Positions 1-13,300 are shown, counted from the first letter of the whole stretch. The stretch: DNA of 59,830 bases, filler included, from Sphacelaria rigidula (GCA_964200075.2; 6 parts of 6 records of this genome joined end to end with filler, not necessarily neighbours in it); one strand, 5' to 3'. The notes: generated by a model from the sequence alone, not told the origin. Made by a program: numbers and translations.

Positions 1-2421
1 GCTGCGTGTACATGGGTTTCAACGCTGAAATAAAGTAAAGGGATTGATTCATCATGAGTCAACTCATCATACTAGAACCAACTAATTTCCAGACGAATCA
101 TTATTTGTCCGATCCTTGGACACTTTGCGTCGCCCCTATCAGAGGAGTTCAGCCTGCGTTGTTTCCGATTCGCTTGGCTCCGAGATTTCGAGAATGACCT
201 CTGCACAAATATACGGCTGGACAATAAAATGCAAAGGAAAATTTATCAAGAAAAGGAAACTCTCCGCACAACTTCAACACAAATGTTTTCTACTCAAATT
301 CGCCATGCGTCGAATGTTTCACATTTCGTCAGGTCTGAGACTCATATCCCTTCTTTATTGTGATTCTTTTTATCCCCTCCTGCTGGCCATGGGCTGGATT
401 GTTGCAATCGGCTAATGAGAGAATCAATCACTCACTCAATCAGAGCCGCCGACACACGGTTTCACATCGTCTACACAGCGCGGGAGATATGAGTCGATCC
501 CTTGAGACTACGGACTCATCCCGATAAAGGGGAGAACTTTTGAAAATGGGAGTGAGGGGCAATAGGTGCTGTAGATATTGAGACCTTCGACGCAGCGGGA
601 TCAAGTTCGACGAAGAAAATCAGAAGAACCTGTACATTGCATTGAAGAGATCCTACGATTTGGGTCGGGGTCCTTTATTCCACGATAAAAGGTTTGTGGG
701 GTGCGCTTGTACTTGGTTATTTATTGATTACAACGACGTTCAAACAACTGTTTTTGCTGCGTTCGTGAAATAAATGACCTCAAATCCCCGCCCCGCACCC
801 CGCACCCCCCGTATCGTAGGACAGTCTTACGCCAAAAATAAATAAATAACAAATTCGGAACAGAATCCGACATCTTTTCGCCCAAATACGCACGCATACA
901 CCGCGCAAACTCAGATTCAGCAAGATGGGGTTGTTGTCTGTAGTCTACATGACGTGTGGTCGAAGTTTCAGCACGTAAAAGCACTAACAGCGCTTGCACG
1001 GCCGTGTGTCCTGAAGTGAGCACCTCTACAGGCGATACCAATATATGCACCGCGTAGAATGACATCATCCAGAGGTGCGCAATACGGATCGATGTGTTCG
1101 TTTGCCAGGGCAGGAGCCACCCAGCAGGAAATGAGCGTATCTTCGTCTCAACCTATATATCCACTGACGTCTCACGCAGTCTGGGCCGCGGGGACTGCGT
1201 TTTGAGGGCGTATCAATGGCATTGCCCAAAATCCATATTTTGCTTCGTTTAACTGGCGCACCATGTAAAACGTGCCGCCGCTCCGGGATTATGCTGTCTG
1301 TCTTGTGGTCCACCTCTCTGCCAAGTTTCAGGCTGGTTCAAACCGACACGGCGGAGAAATCCACAAGCAAAATAACCCNNNNNNNNNNTTGTACTGAAAA
1401 TAAAGTACTAAACCCTGTTGAGCAGTCGAAAGATACATGAGGTGCCTATGGTTTTTGTATGCGGGAATCTTGGCGTTTGACTCGTTTTGTTTTTTGTTGG
1501 CGTAAGACTGAGGATGACTCTAAAGTTCCACCTTTACCTCGTTCGCTTGTACGCATATCGATGCACTGACTGTACGCGGTAACTATTCCGACGTGAGGTT
1601 GACAAGTAATCACATGGAATCTATGCATTCCCCACCACGTTTGCGGCCTATAATAGAATGTGTATTGGTAAGCAGACCTCAGGTATACGTATGTGTGCCA
1701 CACTACTGTTGTTGTACTGTTGTAGCAGTGTTGCGTCTGAAAAAATATATTTTTTCGGAACAAAATATGACCTGTTTTGGCCCCGTTGCACGCTACTGCA
1801 GCACGTAACTCGAGATCTATAGGCATGAGGTTGTTGACTGAGATTCAGGGGACACGCGTGCGAAGATTCAGAGCCTTGCAGCTGTGGCAGCCCGCGTCCG
1901 GTGGTACCGAGTAGAATGAGGGCCCGTACAAGCGATACTCCGATGGAGATTTCTGTAAAAAGTCATCATCCAGCGAGTACCCCAGTACAGGTCGATCTTG
2001 TTAGCCAGCGTAGGAGTCGCCCTGCTGCACACAATGTGGAAACTCTTCCAGCACCGTATCCATATGGCCTTTGAATCATGGTGAACGACGTTTCGATCGC
2101 TTTATCAGTGATTCGGCAATCACGGTTTTGTTTTCGCGATTGCATCGGCACACAACCCGGCTGGCACACCTGCTGCTTGTGTTATGTCTACGAGTTACCA
2201 GCGTGCCAACTTTCCGTGTCTGATCATGGAGGCAGGGTGAAGATTTGCACCGTCAAAGATGTTGTAAAATCACCGAAAACGGGAGTTCTGGACGTTCGCA
2301 ATATACAACATGGGTTGCTGTACTGTCTATGCAGCACAGACAGTACAGTAGTACCGTGCAGTACATCACCATGCCGTTCATCACAGTTCAAGACTGGGGG
2401 TGCAGTTTTTTTCAAATTCCA

Positions 2422-2452
2422 TTGTTGTTGTTGCTGTTGTTGTTGTTGTTGT
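2422..2452. repeat. (GTT)n microsatellite
   Basis: About 10 TTG/CTG triplets. Confidence 0.9.
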
Positions 2453-3324
2453 CTTGACATTAAATTCCATACAGTCCGATTTTGTCTGCGCCACTACTGT
2501 TGTATGCTTGCAGACAATCATGTCGTTTATTTTGCAACGGGCAGCAAGTGGGGTGATTCTTCTTCATGTGCACAATATGCATTACGAGCTATCCCGTGCG
2601 CATTGTGGAGGGGCGTGATCACACAGCGTAGCCGCCAGTTGTACCGGTGAACCTTCATCTTGGGCGCGTGCTTTGTGTGAAGTGCGTGCACGTTGCAGCT
2701 GCTTCTGCCTCATACTGTACCGTATGCTGTCGAATGCCGACCTTCGGGTAGAAGTATTCGGACAAAATAGAAATTTGTTCATTATACTTACAGTTATACT
2801 GCAGTCATTCCGAGACGTGAAGTCGTTCGTTCCTTCGTCCCCCACCAAATACTCAACCGAAAACGTGACGAGTGGAAAACACCGTGCGTGTGCGATGCTG
2901 CTGCTGCGATGATTCCTAAAACCCCGTCACACGCGTCGAGTCCATGTCCCGTCCTATCTGTTCTATAGGCGTGACGGTTGATCGAGCTGCTGCCGCTTGC
3001 ACGAAAAACACCGCATGGATTCATCCGCAGCGCCGTCATTCGTCACAACAAGTTCTTCGCAACAGCGCGATCTGTGTGTTGCGTGTACAGTATTCGTAGA
3101 CTGCAGACTACGGGGTTTTCGAGATGGGGGTGGTATATATACGATGCGACGGACGTCACGGCAGAGCATCTTTGCTCCTCGGGCAATACCATTGTGCGTG
3201 AAGCTCTGCTGATGCGTGGTGATTGCTAGTTGAAAACTACTCCAATACCGTGTGGAGGACTTGACTGTCACCACCAATTTCTAGCGCCCCTTGTGGGTCA
3301 CATGACGAAATAGTACGAGTAACA

Positions 3325-4861
3325 CAGGCTTGTTCACGTGATCCCCCAAAATGGTGTGATCAGCAAATGCCTTCCGCAATATGCACTCAATAGGTGCATA
3401 TATGGCATCATACTGACCGCAATGAAGAGACGAAGAGGGTGACTTCGCTGGATTTTTGTCTAAGGCCGAAGCGGTGGCGCTATGGACGAAAATGTATCTC
3501 AACCAATCAGCGCTCTTCGAGTTGTTCCGAGATCGAATTACGGATTTCCAAGCCCAATTTTCACCCAACCTCCACATGCTTCAAATCGTAGTGCCCGTCA
3601 TCGACACGGGAATCTAATGAGAAGACATACTTTTTACACGGTTACTACGGGGGTCTAATTATACCCGAAACCGTGATGTTTCGGTGATGTCGGGTGTTGG
3701 CATCGTTCAATTTCCACCAATGATACGCACGAAAGACCCAGGGAGCCTCGTGACGGTGTCCCTTATATCTGTTGTAGAAAAGCTCAGATCATCCCCAAAC
3801 TTGGCAGTTCCGTAGGTATTGATGCTCCAAATGGGAAAAAAGGTATTCTTGATTGACAATATATCATGGTTTCTCAGCTCTCTACCGGCTTCCGGGGGTC
3901 CCAGTATGAAGACCCCCAGAGGGCGGTACAGAATGCCCTTGAAGAAAAATAATTTAATGATGCGTCCCGGGATAGTCCAAGGAACACAAATACAAATTTT
4001 GGTGGAGAAACTGGAAAACCTCATACAGTTTTTCTTGCCTTGACGTTAAATTCACCCCAAAAGACGTTTCCATACTAAAACCAAGTAGTCAGAAGTTGCA
4101 CGTTTCAAGCCCACGTCCTCCACAAAGGCGCAAGCTTTCAGGCTGTTATTAGGAGTTAGATCCTGAAACTTTGCATAAATATGCTATGTATCATTTCGCA
4201 ACTTCCTACGGACGATGTTTTTTACTTCTTGAGTTTTTCACCGTTTTTCGGGGGTCCGACGGGATCGAAGTCATTTTTCGAAGTAGTCTTCATTCTGGGA
4301 CCCCGGAAAACCGGCACTACGATATTTGTTTTCAATTTTTAGTGAACGATCTGTCGCCGCATAACCCAAGGAAGGGCCCCACAAAATTTCGTCGCAACAA
4401 TCGATCAACTGATGCTTGAATTTTCATGTTCACGTCAAAGAAGGCCCCAAACCGCCGTTTTGGTACTATAATCAAGTAGTTTGCGGTTTTACCGCGGTAC
4501 GTCAAAGTGCAGCGCACAACAGGGAAAAACCTCACGCCGTTTTGAGGACTTACACCCTGAAATGTTGCACAACTGTGCTATGAGTGATTACGCAACTTTG
4601 GATGAACGAGGTTTTTTTAGTTTTGCTCTCTTTACCGTCTTACGGGGGTGCGATCGGATCGATGTTTTCCCGGAAAACTGGGACCCGCGAAAAACGGTGA
4701 AAAACGGTGGAAAACGGAGGGAAAAGTCGAAAAACCTCGACCTTCGAAAGTCGTGTAATGCCGCATAGAACATCTATGCAAAATTTCAGGGTCTAACTCC
4801 TTGAAACAGCGTGAGGTTTTGCTGATGAGTGTTTTTCGGGTGATATGCCTGAACCAGCCTG
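3325..4861. mobile_element. Non-autonomous Tc1/mariner-type element (CAGGCTGG termini)
   Basis: Left CAGGCTTGTTCA, right TGAACCAGCCTG|TA. Internal sequence is similar to 32860-33400. Confidence 0.55.
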
Positions 4862-5046
4862 TACAGTAATATCGTAGTGCAGCGCAACACATGAAACCTG
4901 AACCCACAGCAATGCAGAACTCCACACAGAGCCACCGGAGACCCATATATCCTCATGACTCACCAAGGATTTGTATCTTTCTCGTAGCGCATGACAGGCG
5001 AATTCGTACTTAGCTCTGGCATGCGAGATATAATACAGTAGTACAT

Positions 5047-5157
5047 TCTTTCTATTCTTCAGAGCGTGTTTCAATTTCGTTTTCCTTGGGTACGTCTATC
5101 ATGAGACCACGCCTGGACCCCTGGGGGGTCCGTTAAAGTGCGACAATCAATCAATCA
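5047..5157 (+). mobile_element. Non-LTR retroposon 3' end with (CAAT)n tail
   Basis: TTGGGTACGTCTATCATGAGACCAC...AAGTGCGA(CAAT)n, shared with 37631-37741, 40161-40371 and, more loosely, 57381-57580. Confidence 0.7.
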
Positions 5158-5249
5158 TATCAGTATAATAGTAGTAATGTTCGCGTCCTTCCTCCAGAGT
5201 TGGTGGCTGAGACTTGTGTCCTGCCCTCACCACTACGACCTGGTGGTTT

Positions 5250-5925
5250 TGGGGTTCAGATCAGCTATTTTCTCGCTACACAACACCCCTTTTTCGTGAA
5301 CATGTGGATGTTGGCCATCTACATAGAAATACTCGTAGTCCGGGAGAACCCCTGACCAGTTTGACTCTGCAGCCTATTGCGTGCAGAGTCACGCAGTATG
5401 TGTGCTGTATGTCTCCGCCGGATACAACGGCAAGGAACAGTAGTAAGCGTGCCATCGCTCTCCACTGAACACAGTCTGCGGCATGCTGCTGACGTCTCTG
5501 CTCAGTGTTCCGTAGCAACACTACAGGCAGGATGAAGTTATGTTTGCAACACATGAGGGGTCAGTCAGGGAGCACAGACCACGAGCACAGTAAAAAGCAC
5601 GCCATTTGTGCCCATGTGATCTATGGTTGAATTCCCATGACCAAAATAAGAAATACAGCTGGACAGCGAAGTAGTCCAACTGCAGTCCACCTGAAGAGGA
5701 ACAAAGTGACCATTTTGACAGCCGTGATTGGTCAGAATGGTCATTCCGCGCCTCTCAGGCCTCGTTCCTGGCTTCGCATCTTACGCGAGAAACTTCCAAA
5801 CACACATCGTTGACTTCGTGAGCTTTCCGGTTTCTCTGCGGACAGAACCCCCCCCCCCCCTTTAAAATCCCCCTCCCCCTCCCGGATGCTCCGGACTGCC
5901 AGCCTGTGAAACTGTTCCGAGGCGA
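5250..5925 (+). repeat. Dispersed repeat, homologous to 46813-47500
   Basis: Colinear blocks ACCCCTGACCAGTTT, ATTGCGTGCAGAGTC, GCCATCGCTCTCCACT and CAGCCTGTGAAACTGTTCCG. Confidence 0.8.
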
Positions 5926-5989
5926 CTCTACCTCCCTAAGGCTGAAGGAAAAAAGGGCAGTGTTCTTGGCCCTTATCTCAGTTTTCCAG

Positions 5990-6700
5990 CTGAATTTTTT
6001 ACTTTTTAGAACTGTGATTTGAAATTCACCGTGGAAAATCGCAAAGGCATGCTGAAGAAGAAGTGGGCCTTGATTTTTTTGGGGTGAACTCATGAACTTT
6101 TGGGAGGGGGATTTAAGGGTGTTCTCGTGAAAAATGGTGTTCACTAAAACGTCTCCAACTCATGAAAAAAAAAAATCTGACCAATTATTTGGTTTATTAT
6201 GCCCGAGCGAGGTCCCACACAAAATGTCAAAGCAAAAGTACCAAACCTGAGGCAGTAAGTGGCCTGCAAAATACTGTTCCCAATTTCGACCGCCCCGATT
6301 TTCTAAACGCCCCGCCTCACCTCAATTTTTGAGAGTTGGACTTTCGAATTTAGTATGGAGACTGAATAACGCATAACAAAAAATATGAAAACTTGGAAAT
6401 GAGAGTTTTTTTTTTGGTGAAGACAATTATTGGTATCCAGTTTTCAGTAAACGTCCGTCAACAGTTTCAGTGCAGTTAGTGCCTCTGCTCGTAATATATT
6501 GATTGTAGTAATGAATACTATGTGCGTCATATCTCCATCATACATAGATAACGAATTAGACGTAGGTGAGGGTATCGATCGTTTTCCCGCGCATCAGGGA
6601 ACGAACATCCACACCAAAACTTGTCATCATCTGCTGTATGTATCGTCGAGGTTTCATATAGACTTTGGTATAGACCCTATGTTACGGCAGATATCGGCTG
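5990..6700. mobile_element. Fragment related to the TA-MITE family
   Basis: Shares GTGCCTCTGCTCGTAATATA and GATAACGAATTAG blocks with 28330-28510, and GAGGTCCCACACAAA with 58470. Confidence 0.55.
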
Positions 6701-7877
6701 TGCAAATAGTAGGCGTTTCGAAGCACGCATGGCATGTGCAATGGGTCGTACTCCATTCGCATATCAGTGTTATTCTCCAGTATGATGTGTTGCGTGCCCA
6801 GCCTCAGTGTTACGCCCAGTTTAGTGTCACGTTTTCCACCACCACCCCCAAAACGACACTTGTTGACGCAAATTAACTCGACAGGGCAAAACAATGACAA
6901 CTATGGTGATGCAAAGCTGTAGTTCTTATCCTAAACTACCCCTCCGTCGAAATCCGGTTCAATTCCATCCACTACAGCACACGAACGATCGACCAATGAT
7001 CGGAAAAAACGCCGACGAAATCTGTACAAGTCCAGAAGCCATTTTCCAATATGACCGACCTACACGCGATCACAGATAACTCGCGCTGCACGACTGGCAG
7101 CCCGCTGAAACTGAAGAGGCAAGTAGTAATTGCTAATAGTAATAGTTTAACATCAAACTCGCGCTAATTAGTTGTCGGGATAGTGTGGAAATCTCGAAAG
7201 ATGAACCTTACTATACATCAACATTTTCATCCACGGCAAATATATACGCGCAACCGTGACGTCGAGGGCTGATAGAGATGCATCTTAGCTACACAGATCA
7301 ATTTGATTTGTCTTTGCAGCTGCTGTGTGTATTGAGATATTGCCATCTCGGGGGGGGGTATTGGGACACGTGAGATGCGGTGGAAAAGCGCATAAGATAC
7401 TCCGGGGCAATTGCGCCGCGTTGAAGTGTGTTCGTAGTCGTAAATATATTCTCCCACCCTCTTCCATGGAAACAACAACGTTGCCCGTCAGCAGAGAAGA
7501 TAGTCCAAGCAGGTGCATGCCGTTATAGTTGCGGTGGCGCGCGAGGTCGCTGCCCAAAACATGGCGAGCAAACACAAGCATACTGTCGTCAGCGACGCCG
7601 GGACCCCTCCGCGTCCAAGGTCAGTTCTCATGGCACACAAACAATGCAAAAAAATCCTGTACGAGCTGGGCCAGCTGACAGTGGTTTGCGAATGTATCCG
7701 GGCCGAGTGGTGGATAATCCGAAGCGTTGGGCGCTGAAATATTGACACAATATTTCTATCATCACAACGCACAACCTTCCCGGGGATGCCAAGAAAAAAT
7801 AACTATATATATATATGTATATATATAGGCACTTCAAGCGATTTAAAGTTTCTCCAAAAACTGGAAATATGCTGTAA

Positions 7878-8364
7878 GGCCGCTTCTTTTAGACTGAAAA
7901 AAGTCTGTATGAGAACTGCCCTTTTGAACCTTTCACCTCGGATTATTGGCGGAATACGGGCCTTGGCGGATTTGGCCCCCTCGGAAAGGTTTGCTATATA
8001 TTTTTACGAGGGTTAGAGCGGGCTTGTCCGATCTTTCGTACTCCCAGTTTTACTCTTGTCCGGATTCTGGATTTTTTCAGTCGCCGCGAAAATTGTCCAG
8101 TTGTCGGGAAAAACGGAAACAGTACGGCTTTCCCGACAACTCGAAGTTTTTTCAGGTGACTGAAAAAATCCAAAATCCGGCCAAGAGTAAAACTTGGAGT
8201 ACGAAATATCGAACAAGCGTGCTGGAATCCTCGTGAAGAAACTAGAGCAAATCTTTCCGAGGAGGCCAAATCTGCCAAGGCCCGTATTCCGCCAATAATC
8301 CGTGATGAAAGGTTCAAAAGGTAAGTTCTCAGACAGATTTTATTTCAATCTATAAGAAGCGGCC
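7878..8364. mobile_element. Foldback MITE, PIF/Harbinger (Tourist)-like
   Basis: About 235-bp inverted arms, GGCCGCTTCT termini, flanks TAA and CAA. Confidence 0.8.
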
Positions 8365-8459
8365 CAACCCCGTGAAAATAAATGAATACGTGGGCATCGC
8401 TACTATAGTTGTCCGTCCTTCAGTGGAGGAGGTCCTGGTGCAGTTGCGGCCAAAACTTC

Positions 8460-8650
8460 CAGAAATTTGGCGCAGCATCCAACTTTTCGTGTGGCACGGC
8501 TGCGTTCATTGAACCCAAACGCTGCAGTTGACTCCAATGATGGAGGTCATGAGTTCGAATCCCGATGGACACCCTTTTATTTGTTCCGTCGGTTAGATAA
8601 TGCATTATGCAGTACATTTTTTTCATTTTTTTTCATTCAGCGGCGGCCCC
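8460..8650 (+). repeat. Dispersed repeat with a Pol III B-box-like motif (tRNA-SINE-like)
   Basis: GACTCCAATGATGGAGGTCATGAGTTCGAATCCCGAT followed by T-runs; inverted copy at 19180-19385. Confidence 0.55.
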
Positions 8651-9890
8651 GTGCGTTACCAAGTTGGTCGGCAGGTCATACCGATATGCTCAAGGCGGTC
8701 TGATTTCGAAAACTAGATAGCTTACGGTGTGAGAGGCAAATCGGGATTTACTGCTCGCCCAGCTCGTAGCACTGTGTTTTTGTTCATCGGTATCATTTTG
8801 CGTCCTAAAGGGAGGTAGGGGGGTATCGACGGTTTCTAATGGCTTCATGTACTCGTGGGTAAAAAACTCGAGGATATCTTGGTTTTTTCTGGTCGTGGCA
8901 GATTTCTGTTTTTTACACATACACTCTTCTGCCAAGATGGTCAATTCCGGCGGAACAATCCGTGTCACGTTCGCATTTTCCGGTAGTCGCAGATTTGTTT
9001 CCACTTGACAACTACTTTTTGTCAACAACAGCCGACACGAGGTGATAACTGTCGTGGATATCTACACCTGACCACCACTTTATTCTAAACTCGACTGACG
9101 TTCATAGTTCTTAAACGAACGTACAACTGCGGCAAGACAAACAAGATACAAGCACCTGAGTACGTTCATGTGACGTGATGGATTTTCCAACGATAAACGC
9201 AAGGCAAACCGAGGGGGCAACATCCGCCCCGCCATCACTTGCGCCCAAAACGATGAAGGAAAAAAAAAACAGTCGTTCAACCTGTTGTGTTTGCCATAAT
9301 GAGCGGTTGACATGAAACGTTGCGAAAATCGACACGATGTGTGATGCGCAAGACACGTGGTGACACGACCCGCCGTTCCGGTGCAGATGGTACAGTATCG
9401 ACGACATCGGCGAAAGTGTGGCGAAGAAAATCATCCCATGTTTTCCGTCCGACCGTTCAACATAATAGTGATACGAATGATTCCCGGCAGTTGCGTCCTG
9501 GCACGAACGCCATAACGTTGAGACGCGAGCGTTGGCAGTGCTGCATGGTAAACCAAAAGATTGACTGGCATACGATGGTGTTGAGGTCAGTCGTCTGCCG
9601 TTGAAACACTCACTTGATTGACTGGCGGGCGTAGCCAGATCACCCCCAATACACTTTTGCACCGCACCGTGCACCGCACATGCACGAACCATGATCGCCA
9701 TGTACCTGAGACACGGCTCATGACTACAGCCTGGAAAAAAACATCCTCAAGTTGTACAGAACCGTTTGCGCAATCTATCTACAGGAAAGAACGGCCCCAA
9801 AATTCTCCACAAACTGAAATCAGAACGCGAAATTCCCCATTGTCGTCGCCCGCTTCCGATGCCGAGTCCTCTCTCTCGGACCCGCTGCAT

Positions 9891-9990
9891 NNNNNNNNNN
9901 NNNNNNNNNNNNNNNNNNNNNNNNNNNNNNNNNNTTAATTAATTAANNNNNNNNNNNNNNNNNNNNNNNNNNNNNNNNNNNNNNNNNNNN
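9891..9990. other. Artificial contig linker (N-run, TTAATTAATTAA, N-run)
   Basis: 100-bp spacer with a six-frame stop cassette; the same spacer recurs about every 9.99 kb. Confidence 0.97.
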
Positions 9991-12900
9991 CTCCGGGTTC
10001 TCATCCTCAATCAAAAGCACCATCCTCAACATAGATGATTGGCTGTTACTGATGGACTCGAGGCGCATCAAAGGGGGGGGTGATGTGGAGATCGCTATTT
10101 GGGCACGTGCGGAGATATTTCCTTTTATGACGTGTAACCTAGGGAACGGCTGTTACAGGGGTAGCTTTCGCAGTAGCCCCGAAACTCCCATATCTGTGCA
10201 GCCGGATTTGGGACCCCAAGGTAACAGCGATCTTCCAAGCGAACCGCTGGCTATCCCTGGGGATCACGTAGACTTTCGACTTCGTCTCCGGGCCAACTCG
10301 CTCGCTCTCATCGAGCTTTCCCGAGTGATCCACTTGCCTCAACCCCACGACTTACGGTCAATCCTTGACATGACCCGAGGAAAGTCATCGGCCACCTTCG
10401 ATGGTTCCTACTGTCACCGGGAGTCACACGACCTCCTCCACAGAAGGACCTACAAGGCATTCTTCAACAGGATTTTTGAACGGCTCCCATCCGAGTTGTC
10501 CGAGGCCGCTCCTTATGGCAAACAAGAAAAAAATCTGGGAAAGCTCCTTTTCGCAGCTTCTCTCGTTTTGCGCCCTGAAAGAGATTTGAGCGGATTTTAT
10601 TACCTTGGAATGCCTCGCTGTACTCGTTGATACGGTTCCAGCACACCTATCTGTGTTTCTCCGGTGGCCGCAATTTTCTTGCCCTAACTAAGCTGGCGTT
10701 TTTCTTGGAGACCGGCAAAAAAATCCGAGATTTGCCTGGACTTAACCAGTCTGCGAGGAAAATGAGCGATCTCCAAGAAAATGCAATTTGGACAAGAAAA
10801 CACTGCGGTCACCCGAAAAATTCACAGGTGTGCAGTAAATAACTGTCTCAACGAGTACAGCAAGGCATTCCAAGGTATCAAAGTCCAAATAGCTCCTTTT
10901 CCTGGCGTATAACGGTGTAGAAGCTCCAGAAAAGCACTCTTCTAGATTTTATTTGTCTGCCGTAAGGAGTGGCCTAAACAGGGCTGTGGGGGATGTCGCG
11001 GATCGGTGCAAGGCGTTTGCCCGGTCTGGACATAAATTCATGTCCTGATCCAAACTCTTGGAACAATTGTGTGTCTCGTTCCAGTTCCTAGCATTGTGGT
11101 GCGCTATACCATCTTTCTCACTTGGATTATCAGCTCTCTGGCTGACTCGGGCCTTGTGTCTTGTTTACGATGGGTTTTTAGGCAAGGCATTGGGCGAAGT
11201 TGTGCCAGCCATTAATGCAGCGACACGAGCGATTCTACAACCTTGGGACTTTGCCTTATACTACTGCTGTCGTTTCAGCAGAGATTTGCTGCCTGCGATC
11301 TTAACGCGACACTCGGTTCGAAGGTCAACCATTCCTATATTAGCGAACCAGCAACACAGCTACATTTCTAGAGCTGGTTTCGGATGCTATGTGTATAAAA
11401 CGAGCGCTACATTGGTTGGTGTACCACCATGAAGGCTTGCCAGTCGTCAAGTATATACTGCAGACTCGCTATACGTAAAATCACACTACCGTTCTTGCGC
11501 CTTTTCTTACAGAGCATTTCTTGCGCTCGGGGAGCAAAGTTAGTTGTGACACAAGATGGATTGAGTCTACAGCAGGCTCAACCGGGCACCGAACGCCTCG
11601 TCTTGCTGTCATACCGGGTGTATTATTCGTGCTGTAGTGTCGATGCTTTCGTATCTCGATCTGCACTCGTAGGCCACCCTAACTCATGGGAAAAAAACAC
11701 AGCGTTTGCCCAATTTTCGGTGCTGTGATGAGCGTTGGTCGATTTCCTCTTCTGAGTACGGTAGCGCTATTTGGTACTGTACAGTACTTCTCCCCCCCAC
11801 CAGCTCGCCACTGACTAAACGCATATGTGATTTTATTATTGAACAAAGTGTTAACTCCACGAGTATGAGACATCTAATGCGAGACAAGTACCTACAACGA
11901 TGAAAATTCACACACATACACACACATATCTGAGTAAATACCTAGCGCTATATACGCAATGCCAACAGAAGCCATCACTTTAGGCAGAGCCTCTTGATCG
12001 CTCAGTTGCCCAATTCCCAAGGCAAAACATCCGGCAGATCAAGATTGTCTCTCAGCGAACAGCTTCGACACAGTAGCTTCCTGCTTTCCATGGTCCATCT
12101 TGACGTGTCACAACATCACCCCGCGTGCCCAACATCATCTATAGAACAGTACCATCGTGGTTGGTTACGTGCAGATTCGGGGCTTTCGTTGCCGCCAAAC
12201 TGGATGAAAATATCCAGCGATGCTGATTTCCGGGAATGCACACCTTCCAAGATGCGAATTGACCTCGGGAAAAAGGTGCTACAAAATCAACAATCGCGAA
12301 ATGCGCGGAAGATGAGGAGGGGGGGGGGGGGGCGTACTCTCCTTCACCACAACTGAGACGGGCCTTACACGCTTTGTGCATCCTCCATCTCATACCCCAT
12401 GTCCTCTACCTTGCCCCTCAAGCCTTCACCCGATTCGCTAACACTGACACTGCTATCTGCGCTCAAGCCCACCCTCAAATCCCACTCTAAATCATCGACT
12501 CCCGAGTCACTATCGCCACTTTTCAAGGGTGGCACTGATCCTGGCGCCGCCGGGTATCGCCGCCACTTTGGATCCCCCTGCCGAGAGAGCAAATACAACG
12601 CGGTGAAAGGACAAGGGATCACAGAACGAGGGGTGAGAATGTGCACTGCGCTTACATGGAATGAGTGGGCGTACTCCAGCGGCTTAACACCGCATGCTGT
12701 CATAAAATCTCAACTCGGCTTCCTCGATTACCTTTTGATCATGTCCCAAAAAAGTGTGAACATGGAGACGCGCGTTTCACTTCACCAACTTGGCTAATTC
12801 CTGAGCTGGATGGCTGCACGTGGCCGCCTCAGCTAGTCGACTGAAACGATATGCTCAGCTTGGCCTGACTCGATGCTGTCCGAAAGGACATGCTCATCTG

Positions 12901-13300
12901 ATACTGTGGGGATTCTTTGCCTGCCCAGCTTGTAACTCTCGACAGTTACTTGAACCAACCGAGCCGGGTTGTACATGTATTCCAACTCAGAACCACAGCG
13001 AACCGGCCCCTCCATTTTTTTGCCAGTCCACTGTTTGAATATCATAGTGATATTCGAGGTTGATGTGACATTTCACATTTCAAGCCTGCCCCAACGTCGT
13101 TCGGCAAGGATCTATGGGCTTGTGGTACAGAATATCCCATGGGATCACACGATAGTGTCGTCCTCTGGGCTGCGACGCCCTTTTCCAGGATAAGGAAGGG
13201 GTAGGCAGGCACGAGAACAGTGAAACGAAACAGGGTCATGATCCAAGTGACCAGTCCCGTGAGGCACGGGATTGATGATGTCACATGTGCCAACCACTGA
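9991..13300 (+). mobile_element. Heavily decayed Ty3/Gypsy-like pol relic (RNase H- and integrase-like traces)
   Basis: Fragmentary frames give FLELVSDAMCIKR (cf. RNase H LEL..IVWAIKR), TRWIE and LSYR...DAFVSR (cf. QRWLE..Y....ADFLSR), and CPACNSRQ and LVVQNIPWDHTIVSSSG (cf. integrase zinc finger and core). Order is RNase H then integrase; many stops and frameshifts. Confidence 0.4.
10504..10974. mobile_element. Foldback MITE, PIF/Harbinger-like
   Basis: GGCCGCTCCTTATGGCA ... TGCCGTAAGGAGTGGCC|TAA with long imperfect arms (CCTTGGAATGCCTCGCTGTACTCGTTGA / TCAACGAGTACAGCAAGGCATTCCAAGG). Confidence 0.75.

Noticed and set aside
2078..2650. 190-aa Cys-rich ORF and poly-Q ORF
   Set aside because: The homopolymeric residues come from a (GTT)n microsatellite; there is no domain or splice support.
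9935..9946. Periodic TTAATTAATTAA motif as a biological signal
   Set aside because: It is a synthetic six-frame stop linker embedded in Ns.
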